From positions 7,403 through 71,402 of the forward strand of contig SVQU01000007.1 in NCBI GenBank assembly GCA_015065165.1: DNA of 64,000 bases, read 5' to 3'. Positions within the stretch are counted from its first letter, which is position 1; every line of letters starts with the position of its first letter. Shown here piece by piece: positions 26,184-35,852 of this stretch. The notes below the pieces were generated by a model. The model worked only from the letters and a program-made list of their open reading frames with translations. It was not told the origin of the DNA and did not search any database. The position numbers and the translations under genes are program-made. Source of the DNA: Oscillospiraceae bacterium. Its GTDB lineage: Bacteria; Bacillota; Clostridia; Oscillospirales; CAG-382.

Positions 26184-29100
26184 ATGCTAAACCTATTCAA
26201 CACTATTATCGAAATGAACATTAAAGCATCGGTTGTTATTTTGTTTATTTTGGTTGTTAGATTATTTCTTAAAAATGTACCGAAGAAATTTTCTTATCTC
26301 CTTTGGACGGTGGCGGCATTCCGACTTTGTATCCCCTACAGCTTTAAAGCATTATTCAGCCTTTTTAACGTTGGTGGTAAAGAAAGCATCGGCGAACAGA
26401 TTTCCCATTCTGTTGAACAAATTCCCACTTATACGCCCGCACCTATTGTTAACAATACCGTAAATACTATTGTTACTCCCCCAATACATACTCCCCCGGT
26501 GAATACACCGCCTATACACGCACCCGTAACCACACCCAACATTGACGTTTCACAAACGAGCAGCAGCGAAATAGTTAACGCTGTTGCAGAAAAGAGCATC
26601 GATTGGGGTGTTCTGCTTATGCAGATTGCTTTGATTTTGTGGATTATAGGTATTGCTGCAATGTTAATTTACGGTGTGATTACCTACGTTAAAACATACC
26701 GACGTATGCAAAGCGGCATTCTAACAAGAGATAACATTTATTTCTCGGATAAAACCGATACCCCCTTTTCAATGGGTTTTATCAAGCCGAAAATTTACCT
26801 TCCCTTCGGTTTGACCGCTGAGGAACAGGAATGTATTATTGCCCACGAGGAATGCCATATAAAGCGTTTTGACCACATTATAAAGCTGTTTTCCTATTTA
26901 CTATTGTGTGTACATTGGTTTAATCCAATGTGTTGGATTGCTTTTAACCGTATGACATACGACATGGAAACAAGCTGTGATGAAATGGTGTTCGCCTCGG
27001 GCATTACCGAGGAAAAGAAAAAGCAATATTCCCATACCTTGGTAAGCGTTGGAACAAAAAAGAGGTTTCCTACCCCCGCCCCTATAAACTTTGACGGTAT
27101 AAGCAACACAAAAAGCAGAATTAAGAATATTTTAAAGATCCGAAAAACAAAAATATGGATTAAAATAATTTGTTATGTTTTGTGCGCAATTGTTTTGTTT
27201 GCTTGCGCGGCCGACGTAAGCGAAAATATAACCGATTTTCAAAGCGAAGCGGATAATGCGCAAAGCGACGAAAGTACGCAAAGTGATGCCGACGATAAGC
27301 AAAACGCAACTACAAAACCCGAAGGATTAATTGCTGACGCTTTGGCCAATAAAATCAACATTATTACCGAGGATGGCAAGAGCACTTTAGTTAAAAACTA
27401 CATACGCTTAAGCGGAGATTATTACCATAAGCAAGCCTTTGTGGATATGGATGGCGATGGAAAGCAAGAAGCAGTTTTAGAGCTTTCAAAAGGAAGAGGT
27501 TATGTTATCTTAAGAGAATATAACAACACAGTTTATTCTTATGATTTTGCCCCCAGAGCGTTACTTAATTTAAAAACCGACGGAACCTATCAAAGTGCAA
27601 TTGGTAACGGCAACGACAGTATTTGCCGTATGAGTTTTTCAAGTAGCCAAAAAGTCGAAACAATCATTGCTAATTTGAAATTTTTTGCCGACCTTGGCAA
27701 AGAACTTTACACCATTAACGGCGAAATCGTTCCCGCAAATGAATATCAAGCATATTATGATGAATGGTTGAATAAAGAACGGGTTGTTTTCAGTGAAACA
27801 AGCAAAAGTATTACTATTCTGCAGAACGGCAACGGTAAGGAATATACAGCAACCGTTAGTTTCGAAAATGACAAAGCGTATTTGAACATTAGCAGTATCG
27901 GCGGCGAATATAAACTTTTGATTAATTCTTATGACAAAGGCAGCATCAACAAGGAACTTGTTATGCCCTATGCCGTTGACGTTACGTTCGGCGGATATTT
28001 AGATATCCTTGTACCCGTCATAGAAACAGGCTCAGCAATTTATTACAGCGCGTTTGTATATGACAATAAAACAGACGAATTCAAATACGCTCCGCATTTT
28101 GAAAATTTCCCCAATTTCATATTGGATACCCAAAACCAACGTATTCTTGCCCACAGACAAGGTGATATGTCAAATTATTATGCATATTGCAAATATAACA
28201 GCGACATTGAAGATTTCGAAATCACAAATAGCGTTTTCTTTGAATGTGTAGATACCGAAAATTACACCTATGAATTTACAGAAAGCAAAAACGAAGGCGG
28301 CGTGTTGACCGACGTTGCAAAATTCACATTAACCGGCGACGGATATTATTCTGTTAAGGGTATTAACGCAGAAATTGACGAAACCTATTATAGCGAAGGT
28401 TCTTTTTGGGAACTTGATTCTCCAAAATGGAGGGGCGAGAGTGTTAACGATGTGCCTGAAAATACAATTCCCGTTTCCGTTAAAGTACCTAACCAAGAAG
28501 CACTTGAGAACGGTGAATATGATATATTCATTGAATCGGAATACGCGGGATTAGGCGATACTATGCTGTTTGTCGCTTCGGAAAAAGTAACCGATTTCAA
28601 GGTAATCGAGATAGAGGCTAACGATAATTTCGAACCAATTGTGGGCGAAACACTTTATTACCAACACAAATTGACTCCGGACGGAAAACCCCTTTATGTA
28701 CAAACGTATATTAATACTTTTTCTGAAAGAGGAATACAATACACCGATAAAAACGGTTATATAAGAACCTTTCAGATTTGGTATGACGCCATAGATGGGG
28801 ATTTAAGACTATCCGAGTTCAATTCTACAAACGTAAACGTAAGTGAATTGGTTGTTAATGCAATAAACGGTAACGTTAAAATCACAACCGAAGATGGTGA
28901 AAGAGTTTATCTTACAGACATCGCTCTTAATTTACCGGAAACAAAATTCACAGGATATACGTTTTTAGATTTGGACAGCGACGGCACAGCCGAAGGTATA
29001 TTACAGCTTTATAACTATTACGGTTATATCATACTTAGAGAGTACAACAACGAAGTTTACTCCTATTTTATGAATTACAGAGGCTTTCATTTGAAAAATG

Positions 29101-30071
29101 ACTCCACGTGCTTAAGTTCTTCCGGTGCCAGCGACAATTACATATACCGAATAGAATTTGACGAAAGCACTCTACGAGAAGTTGTTTTGGCAGTATGTTG
29201 CGAAACGTATGAATCAAACGAGATTGTCGGTACTTATGAAATCAATGGCAATGCCGTTTCCGCAGAGGAAGCACATACTTATTTCAAACAATGGTACGAA
29301 AAGGAGGATGTTTCTTTTACTCCATTTGAACAAAACAGCGACACTGCCCCGGCGGAAGACATTTTTGAAATCGGAATTGCAACAGAAGAAATGCTATCCG
29401 ACAGAAATAACATTCGCTTTATTGACGATTACGGCGAAAATAATACCTGGCACGTATACGTTAAACCAAATTACAATTTAACCGATTTTAGATTTTTCGT
29501 AATTGACGGTACCGACACTACGGTAATTTCAAGAACAATGTATGCAATAGACAATTTCAACACAAACGATACGTTTATTGCATCCACCTATATTAACGAT
29601 GTTACCAGTAACAGAGGTTTTGGATTTATTGACCAAAGCGGAAAGCAACGTTTTTTTGCCATCGTTTGCGATATGTCAGGTCTTAAAGAAAGCCCCGTTG
29701 AGGCATTAGAAATCACAGATTCCCCTCTTCTTAGCGCGGCGCCGTATTACGATTTTGAAAGTGTTGCTTTGAGGTTTTATAATGCTTATATGCAGAACGA
29801 TATAGAAACCGCAAAGATACTAATGGACAGCACCGACAACGAATGTCTTGAATATTTCAGTAACAACGTTAATGAATATAACAGCATTAAACGCGGAAGA
29901 ATTTCTCTGAGTAGCGTAATTAACGACAACAAAGGAAATATAACAGAAGCCAAACTTGATATTGCATTTTCTGATACAAGAGAAGGTTATGAGAATACCG
30001 ATTATATGGTTATGACTCTTAAAAAGATTGGCGGATATTGGTTTGTCTCCTATTATGACTTTGATGCATAA
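26184..30071 (+). CDS. BlaR1/MecR1-type M56 membrane metalloprotease fused to a ~950-aa extracytoplasmic domain of unknown type
   Basis: 1295 aa with N-terminal TM helices. The HExxH motif AHEECHIKRFDH is encoded at 26844-26858, and the last TM (IWIKIICYVLCAIVLFAC) lies near 27150-27220. The ATG is 2 nt after the blaI-like stop. Confidence 0.8.
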   Translation: MLNLFNTIIEMNIKASVVILFILVVRLFLKNVPKKFSYLLWTVAAFRLCIPYSFKALFSLFNVGGKESIGEQISHSVEQIPTYTPAPIVNNTVNTIVTPPIHTPPVNTPPIHAPVTTPNIDVSQTSSSEIVNAVAEKSIDWGVLLMQIALILWIIGIAAMLIYGVITYVKTYRRMQSGILTRDNIYFSDKTDTPFSMGFIKPKIYLPFGLTAEEQECIIAHEECHIKRFDHIIKLFSYLLLCVHWFNPMCWIAFNRMTYDMETSCDEMVFASGITEEKKKQYSHTLVSVGTKKRFPTPAPINFDGISNTKSRIKNILKIRKTKIWIKIICYVLCAIVLFACAADVSENITDFQSEADNAQSDESTQSDADDKQNATTKPEGLIADALANKINIITEDGKSTLVKNYIRLSGDYYHKQAFVDMDGDGKQEAVLELSKGRGYVILREYNNTVYSYDFAPRALLNLKTDGTYQSAIGNGNDSICRMSFSSSQKVETIIANLKFFADLGKELYTINGEIVPANEYQAYYDEWLNKERVVFSETSKSITILQNGNGKEYTATVSFENDKAYLNISSIGGEYKLLINSYDKGSINKELVMPYAVDVTFGGYLDILVPVIETGSAIYYSAFVYDNKTDEFKYAPHFENFPNFILDTQNQRILAHRQGDMSNYYAYCKYNSDIEDFEITNSVFFECVDTENYTYEFTESKNEGGVLTDVAKFTLTGDGYYSVKGINAEIDETYYSEGSFWELDSPKWRGESVNDVPENTIPVSVKVPNQEALENGEYDIFIESEYAGLGDTMLFVASEKVTDFKVIEIEANDNFEPIVGETLYYQHKLTPDGKPLYVQTYINTFSERGIQYTDKNGYIRTFQIWYDAIDGDLRLSEFNSTNVNVSELVVNAINGNVKITTEDGERVYLTDIALNLPETKFTGYTFLDLDSDGTAEGILQLYNYYGYIILREYNNEVYSYFMNYRGFHLKNDSTCLSSSGASDNYIYRIEFDESTLREVVLAVCCETYESNEIVGTYEINGNAVSAEEAHTYFKQWYEKEDVSFTPFEQNSDTAPAEDIFEIGIATEEMLSDRNNIRFIDDYGENNTWHVYVKPNYNLTDFRFFVIDGTDTTVISRTMYAIDNFNTNDTFIASTYINDVTSNRGFGFIDQSGKQRFFAIVCDMSGLKESPVEALEITDSPLLSAAPYYDFESVALRFYNAYMQNDIETAKILMDSTDNECLEYFSNNVNEYNSIKRGRISLSSVINDNKGNITEAKLDIAFSDTREGYENTDYMVMTLKKIGGYWFVSYYDFDA
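27331..27800 (+). repeat. intragenic protein-level duplication, module A copy 1 (DxDGDG-containing)
   Basis: ...INIITEDGKST...FVDMDGDGKQEAVLELSKGRGYVILREYNNTVYSY...YTINGEIVPANEYQAYYDEWLNKERVVF aligns with copy 2. Confidence 0.6.
28845..29330 (+). repeat. intragenic protein-level duplication, module A copy 2
   Basis: ...VKITTEDGERV...FLDLDSDGTAEGILQLYNYYGYIILREYNNEVYSY...YEINGNAVSAEEAHTYFKQWYEKEDVSF. Confidence 0.6.
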
Positions 30072-30110
30072 TTGACACTTGTGTATATTCTTTTAGAACA
30101 GTTGTAAAGC

Positions 30111-30138
30111 AAAACCCCACCGAAATCGGTGGGGTTTT
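30111..30138. terminator. bidirectional terminator (blaR1-like / mutS2, convergent)
   Basis: AAAACCCCACCG pairs with CGGTGGGGTTTT around an AAAT loop. Confidence 0.85.
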
Positions 30139-30141
30139 AGT

Positions 30142-32526
30142 TTATTTCTTCAACTTTAATTCAAGAACAGTAACGCCAAGATCTCCTTCGCCGTAACGTC
30201 CTGCGCGGAAGGATTTTATGCGCGCTTTATCCTGCTTGAAATACTGCCACAATGCAGTTCGCAATGCGCCGGTGCCTTTACCGTGAATCACCTGAACCTG
30301 CTCTTTACCTGCATAAATAGCATCTTCTAAATACCTGTCTATCATAAACCAAGCATCGTCCCCCGTGTTGCCTCTTACGTCAATCTCGCTACGTACAGAA
30401 GCTACACTATGGGTATATTGCGCTTTGCCCTTTTGTTTATTCTGCTTTTCCACAGCGGCGGCATTAGCCAAAAGACGAATATTTTTGATATTCGTCTTTG
30501 TTTCAAATCTGCCCGAAAGTGTGAAAACTGTATCGCCCGAAATGCTTTTTACCACTGCTTCCCTGCCTATATCCGCAAGCAAAACCTTATCGCCAACCTG
30601 CAAAGGTCTTGGAAGCTCATAATTATCCTCGTCGACCTCGAACTCCTCTGCATCGGATATCAAAGCAGAAGTATCCTTTAAATTTTGACGGATTGCTTTT
30701 CTTGCTTCTTCTATGCGGGCGGCTTCCAAACGCTTTGCATCCGCTTTTTTAAGCTCGTTAAGCTCTTGGAACACCTGGTTGCTTGCAGCTTTCGCGGCAT
30801 CGAGAATTCTTTGCGCTTGCGCTCTTGCGCGGTCCAATTCCGCCTCTGCTTTGTCTTGTAACGCTTTTGCACCTTGGCTTGCTTCCTCGCGAAGTTTATC
30901 AGCTTCAGCACGCGCCTTTTCCGAGGCAGAACGCTCTTTTCTAAGGTCCTGCTCGGTTTCTTCAAGACGTACGATTACATCCTCAAAACGTATATTGTCA
31001 TCAGCCAAAAGCTCTTTAGCGCGAGAAATAACCGATTCGTCCATGCCCAAACGTCTTGAAATTTCAAAAGCGTTACTTCGACCGGGGATACCCGTAATTA
31101 ATCGATAGGTAGGCTTTAAAGTGGCAAGATCAAATTCACAAGACGCATTTAAAACACCTTCGGTATCCAATGCATATATTTTCAATTCCGAATAGTGTGT
31201 TGTAGCCGCAACAATAGCGCCCGATTTACGCACGTGCTCCAAAATGGAAATAGCCAAGGATGCGCCCTCTGTAGGGTCTGTACCCGCACCTAATTCATCA
31301 AAAAGCACCAACGAGCCTTTATCGCATTTACCGAGGATATCAACCACGTTTACCATATGGGATGAAAAGGTAGACAGTGATTGCTCGATACTCTGTTCAT
31401 CTCCGATATCGGGGAATATACCGTCAAATACGGGAAGTGCACTGCCGTCATCACAAGGTATATACAAACCGCTTTGCGCCATCATAGCAAACAAACCCAA
31501 GGTTTTCAGTGTAACTGTCTTACCGCCGGTGTTCGGGCCTGTGATAATCAATGCGTTTTCTTTGTCCCCAAATTCAACGGAAATGGGAACAACCTTATCA
31601 CGAGGTATAAGCGGATGCCTTGCACGTACGAGCTTAATCGATTTCGAATTGGTTTTCGGACGTATACCTCTTATTTCCGAAGAATATTTTGCGCGTGCAA
31701 AAATAGTGTCAAGGTCAATCATAACCTTTTGGTCCACACGTATTATGTTTGCGTTCGCCGCAACCTTTGTGGAAAGATCCGAAAGGATTTTTTCGATTTC
31801 CTCTGCTTCTTTACCCTTCAACTCGCGAAGCTTATTGTTAGCCTCGAGAACAGCCATAGGCTCGATAAAAAGGGTTTGTCCGGAAGCAGACGAATCGTGC
31901 ACCAGACCCTTTACTTCGTTTTTGTGCTCTGCTCGAACAGGTATAACGTATCTGCCCGAACGTATAGTAACAACCGAATCGCGTAAAAATTTAGAGTTAT
32001 CACCGGTTGTAAGATTTGCGAGAATATCTCTTATACTCCCCTCAACACGTCTTATTTCTTTGCGTGTTCTGTAAAGCTCGGGCGAAGCATCGTCTGCCAC
32101 AGCATCCTCGCCGATTATTTTCATCCCGATTTCTTCTGCAAGACCGCGAGCTTCAGTAAGGGTGGAAAAATAAACGTATAACGCGGGGATGTCCTTGCCC
32201 TCGGGATACTTTTTAACCGAACCCACCGCACGGAGCATAGATGCGATATTTAAAAGCTCACTCATTGTGAGAACTGCACCCTTTTCTGCTCTGTCGGCAG
32301 AATTTACCACGCCTTCGGGTGCCGAAAAAGAAGGCGAGCCCTTAAAGGTCAAAAGATTTAATGCCTCTTCGGTCTCATCCAACATACGTGATATAATCAC
32401 GCCATCTGTTTGCGGACACATTTCACAAATAGAAGCATTTGCCGATTTTGTTACAGCAAAGGATGCCACTTTGGAAATTATTTTATCATATTCTAATATG
32501 GTTTTTGCTCTGTTAAAGCCTTTCAT
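30142..32526 (-). CDS. mutS2: endonuclease MutS2 (MutS ATPase + C-terminal Smr domain)
   Basis: The Walker A reads GPNTGGKTVTLKT, the middle is coiled-coil, and the C-terminus is Smr (VDVRGNTGDDAW...VIHGKGTGALR). I moved the start to ATG 32526 (MKGFNRAK...), which avoids overlap with recO. Confidence 0.92.
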   Translation of the reverse strand: MKGFNRAKTILEYDKIISKVASFAVTKSANASICEMCPQTDGVIISRMLDETEEALNLLTFKGSPSFSAPEGVVNSADRAEKGAVLTMSELLNIASMLRAVGSVKKYPEGKDIPALYVYFSTLTEARGLAEEIGMKIIGEDAVADDASPELYRTRKEIRRVEGSIRDILANLTTGDNSKFLRDSVVTIRSGRYVIPVRAEHKNEVKGLVHDSSASGQTLFIEPMAVLEANNKLRELKGKEAEEIEKILSDLSTKVAANANIIRVDQKVMIDLDTIFARAKYSSEIRGIRPKTNSKSIKLVRARHPLIPRDKVVPISVEFGDKENALIITGPNTGGKTVTLKTLGLFAMMAQSGLYIPCDDGSALPVFDGIFPDIGDEQSIEQSLSTFSSHMVNVVDILGKCDKGSLVLFDELGAGTDPTEGASLAISILEHVRKSGAIVAATTHYSELKIYALDTEGVLNASCEFDLATLKPTYRLITGIPGRSNAFEISRRLGMDESVISRAKELLADDNIRFEDVIVRLEETEQDLRKERSASEKARAEADKLREEASQGAKALQDKAEAELDRARAQAQRILDAAKAASNQVFQELNELKKADAKRLEAARIEEARKAIRQNLKDTSALISDAEEFEVDEDNYELPRPLQVGDKVLLADIGREAVVKSISGDTVFTLSGRFETKTNIKNIRLLANAAAVEKQNKQKGKAQYTHSVASVRSEIDVRGNTGDDAWFMIDRYLEDAIYAGKEQVQVIHGKGTGALRTALWQYFKQDKARIKSFRAGRYGEGDLGVTVLELKLKK

Positions 32527-32537
32527 TTTGATACCTT

Positions 32538-33287
32538 TCAGTTCAGTTCCTTGCATTGCTTATAAAATGCAAGGGTCTTAAATCCCCGTTCGGCTCTTTG
32601 TAAAAAATACCTTTCGGCGATTTTTGACAATGCCAATAAATCCGATTCGGAAACGCGAAAAGAAATAAACTTCGAAAGCTCGCACTGTGCTATATGTTTA
32701 ATCGCAAGCCGATTACCTACAGACAAAGGAAAAACTCCATCTCGTTTTGAACAGCAATTCTTACAACAAATTTCGCCTTCAACCGTGTCAATATAACCTT
32801 CGTCTAAATCTTCTGCTCCGCAAAGAGAACAAAAATCGGGAGATAACTCAAACCCACATTCACAGCATAATCGTAATTCAAACGCCGCTTTTATAAGTTC
32901 TCGTGATGCAACCTCGTTTTCCAATGCATACAACGAATTAAGCAATAAGCGAAGCACAACCGCAGATTCGTCCCCGCGGATTGCAAAAGCAGATGCCGCA
33001 TCACAAAGATAGCACGCCAAGGAATAATTGTTTATATCTCTGCTCAGCGGATAGAAATCCGTAATTAACGCCGCCTCGGTAAGCGTGTAATATCCGTTTT
33101 TCTCATAAAGCAAAATATCCGAAAAAGCAAACAACTGGGCACTCTTTAAATATGGGGACGAGAGTTTACGAACGCCTTTTGCATTTACTGTGAGAACACC
33201 CATAGCATCGGTTAGAAAAGTAAGTAATTTACTTGTTTCACCCTTTGCCTGTTCGCGGATTACGATTCCTTTTAATTTATGCCGCAT
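32538..33287 (-). CDS. recO: DNA repair protein RecO
   Basis: 249 aa with an OB-fold N-terminus and a Cys4 zinc motif (CSLCG...CCKNCC). It sits in the conserved position downstream of era. Confidence 0.9.
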   Translation of the reverse strand: MRHKLKGIVIREQAKGETSKLLTFLTDAMGVLTVNAKGVRKLSSPYLKSAQLFAFSDILLYEKNGYYTLTEAALITDFYPLSRDINNYSLACYLCDAASAFAIRGDESAVVLRLLLNSLYALENEVASRELIKAAFELRLCCECGFELSPDFCSLCGAEDLDEGYIDTVEGEICCKNCCSKRDGVFPLSVGNRLAIKHIAQCELSKFISFRVSESDLLALSKIAERYFLQRAERGFKTLAFYKQCKELN

Positions 33288-34177
33288 TATTCAAGCTCGT
33301 CCTTGAAGCCGAAATCCGACAAAAGCGAAGGGCGGTCGCGCCAATTTTCTTTAACCTTTACCCACAAATCCAGGAATACCTTTGTTTCAAACAAAGCCTC
33401 TGCATCCTCGCGGGCATAAGAACCGATTTTCTTAAGCATTGCGCCGTTTTTACCGATAATAATGCGCTTATGCGATTCTCTTTCACAATAAATCTCGGCG
33501 CGTACAGAAAGAAGTCCTTTCTTTTCAGAAAAATCCTCCACTGAAACCGCAACGCCGTGGGGTATTTCGTCATCTAACAAACGAAGAATTTTTTCACGAA
33601 TAATTTCCGCAAAAATCTTGCGTTCGGGTTGGTCGGTTATATAATCCTCGGGGAAGAAATGTATACTTTCAGCAAGTAAAGGCTCTAATTCCTCGAAAAT
33701 ATATTCAACACCGTCGCCGTTAAGAGCAGAAATAGGAATAACAGCGTGGAAATTATACAAGGATGAAAGCTCTGCGATCTGTTCTGCAAGCTTTACCTTA
33801 TTCGCCCTATCGGTTTTATTAATAACAAGGATAACGTCAATACCCATCGCCTTGTATTTATCCAAAGCCGCCTTTTCGTTGGGATTAAGCTCGGTTCCTG
33901 CCTCCACAACAAAAAGAACGATATCAGAAGAATCGGCAACGTTACCCACCGATTTCATCATATATTCACCCAGCAAGGTTTTAGGCTTATGCAAGCCGGG
34001 AGTGTCGGTGAATACGTATTGGTTTTCGCCCTTAGTAAGAACACCTGTGATTCTGTTACGTGTTGTTTGGGGCTTACGGGAAACAATAGCCACCTTTTCT
34101 CCCAAAAGCGTATTAAGCAAGGTGCTTTTACCAACGTTGGGTTTGCCTGCAATCATTATAAATGCTGTTTTTGTCAT
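33287..34177 (-). CDS. era: GTPase Era
   Basis: 296 aa with G1 GKPNVGKST, G3 DTPG, G4 NKTD and a C-terminal KH domain. Confidence 0.95.
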   Translation of the reverse strand: MTKTAFIMIAGKPNVGKSTLLNTLLGEKVAIVSRKPQTTRNRITGVLTKGENQYVFTDTPGLHKPKTLLGEYMMKSVGNVADSSDIVLFVVEAGTELNPNEKAALDKYKAMGIDVILVINKTDRANKVKLAEQIAELSSLYNFHAVIPISALNGDGVEYIFEELEPLLAESIHFFPEDYITDQPERKIFAEIIREKILRLLDDEIPHGVAVSVEDFSEKKGLLSVRAEIYCERESHKRIIIGKNGAMLKKIGSYAREDAEALFETKVFLDLWVKVKENWRDRPSLLSDFGFKDELE

Positions 34178-34180
34178 ATT

Positions 34181-34627
34181 TTACCTCTTTATACCGAGTT
34201 TATCCAAAATTTCCTTTTGTTTTGCTTCCATAACCACACGTTCATCATCGGTTTCGTGGTCATATCCAAGCAAATGAAGGGCAGAATGAGCCGCCAAAAA
34301 GCAAAATTCACGTTTTGCGGAATGTCCGTAGTCCTCCGCTTGACGATAGGCTGTATCACGGGAAATAATTATATCCCCAAGAAGTGTAATCTGCTCGGGT
34401 GTATCAAAATCGTAAAACGGAAAAGAAAGCACGTCCGTAGGACGGTCAATACCTCGGTGTTCTTTATTTATTTCGTGTATCATCTTATCGTCGCAAACTG
34501 TAACGTTAACCTCGAATTTATGATTGGGATATGCTTCTGTAACCACAGTGCGGATAACCCTTTTCATAAGTGTTTCATAAAGCTTGGGAATAGGTTCTGT
34601 TAAAAGCTCGAAATAAATCTTTATCAT
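34181..34627 (-). CDS. ybeY: rRNA maturation endoribonuclease YbeY
   Basis: 148 aa with the metal motif HSALHLLGYDHE. Confidence 0.92.
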   Translation of the reverse strand: MIKIYFELLTEPIPKLYETLMKRVIRTVVTEAYPNHKFEVNVTVCDDKMIHEINKEHRGIDRPTDVLSFPFYDFDTPEQITLLGDIIISRDTAYRQAEDYGHSAKREFCFLAAHSALHLLGYDHETDDERVVMEAKQKEILDKLGIKR

Positions 34628-35646
34628 TCCCTTGTTCTCCTTTTAAATACCTCTCTGCGCTGATTATCATCATTCTCACGGCGAGGAGGCTTTGAAGCAT
34701 CTCGTTTTTCATAAGCCTGAATTATTTTTTGCACAAGAGGATGTCTTACAACGTCTTTATGGGTAAACTTGAATATTGATATCCCTTTTATATTATCAAG
34801 AATCTCTAACGCATCTACAAGACCGCTTTTTCTCAAATACGGCAAGTCTATCTGTGTAATATCGCCCGTTATAATAGCTTTGCTGTTATTGCCCAGACGG
34901 GTTAAAAACATTTTCATTTGCTCGGGAGTGGTATTCTGCGCTTCATCAAGGATTATAAATGCATCGTCCAATGTTCTGCCACGCATATAAGCAAGAGGAC
35001 ATACCTCGATTATTCCCTTCTCACCACAGTTTTTAAAGCTTTCGTTTCCAAGCATTTCTCCCAATGCATCGTAAAGAGGACGAAGATAAGGGTCGATTTT
35101 GCTTTGTAAATCACCCGGCAAGAAACCTAATTTTTCACCCGCTTCCACAGCAGGACGGGTTAAAACGATTTTAGAAATCTGCTTTTTCTTTAACGCTGTA
35201 ACCGCCATTGCCACGGCAAGAAAGGTTTTTCCCGTTCCCGCAGGGCCCACACCGAAAACTATAGTATTGGAGTTTATTGCATCAACGTATTTTTGTTGAC
35301 CAACGGTTTTTGCTTTAATAGGTTTGCCCTTGTTTGTTAAGCAAATACAATCGTTATATATGGCGTCAAGTTCGTTTTCCTTATCCTCACGCACCATAGA
35401 TATAACGTAGTTTATCGTATTTTCGTCGATGCTTTCGGACATGCGCGAAACCTTCTCTAGCTGTTCTATGCAAGAAGCCGCCATATTTACGTCATTAGCG
35501 TTGTCCCCGCTAATTTTTATTACACCCTCGCGGGCAATCACAGACACTGAAAACGCAGTTTCTATATTTTCAATATTTCCGTCTAAAGTACCGAACAATT
35601 TCAAAACAAAATCAATTGAAAGGTCAGGTATAGATTTTTCAAACAT
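34624..35646 (-). CDS. phoH: PhoH-family ATPase (YbeZ-like)
   Basis: 340 aa with Walker A GPAGTGKTFLAV, ILDEAQN and ITGDITQIDLP. Confidence 0.9.
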   Translation of the reverse strand: MFEKSIPDLSIDFVLKLFGTLDGNIENIETAFSVSVIAREGVIKISGDNANDVNMAASCIEQLEKVSRMSESIDENTINYVISMVREDKENELDAIYNDCICLTNKGKPIKAKTVGQQKYVDAINSNTIVFGVGPAGTGKTFLAVAMAVTALKKKQISKIVLTRPAVEAGEKLGFLPGDLQSKIDPYLRPLYDALGEMLGNESFKNCGEKGIIEVCPLAYMRGRTLDDAFIILDEAQNTTPEQMKMFLTRLGNNSKAIITGDITQIDLPYLRKSGLVDALEILDNIKGISIFKFTHKDVVRHPLVQKIIQAYEKRDASKPPRRENDDNQRREVFKRRTRE

Positions 35647-35679
35647 TAAATTTCACCTATAAATTTTAATTTCCTTTTT

Positions 35680-35708
35680 AGTATACCACAATTCACTATA
35701 AAAGTCAA
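35680..35708 (-). promoter_or_regulatory. sigma-A promoter of phoH-ybeY-era-recO-mutS2 (TTGACT-17-TGgTATACT)
   Basis: On the minus strand, TTGACT is at 35703-35708 and TATACT at 35680-35685, preceded by TGg. Confidence 0.6.
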
Positions 35709-35800
35709 AGACTTATTATAATTATAGCAATATAAAAACATATAAAAAATAACGCAAAATATCAATTTGTTTACAATTTGTTCATATATATCGGTGTGAT

Positions 35801-35829
35801 TTGTGATATTCTGTATTTGATTGTAAAAT
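35801..35829 (+). promoter_or_regulatory. possible glyA promoter (TTGTGA-17-TAAAAT)
   Basis: This is the best sigma-A-like match in the 206-bp spacer. It lies ~12 nt upstream of the TGAGGTG RBS region. Confidence 0.35.
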
Positions 35830-35852
35830 ATATACTTATATGAGGTGTTTTT

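Noticed and set aside
35647-35852. A riboswitch or T-box leader upstream of glyA.
   Set aside because: The spacer is shared with the divergent phoH promoter. That leaves under 30 nt of leader, which is too short for a structured element.
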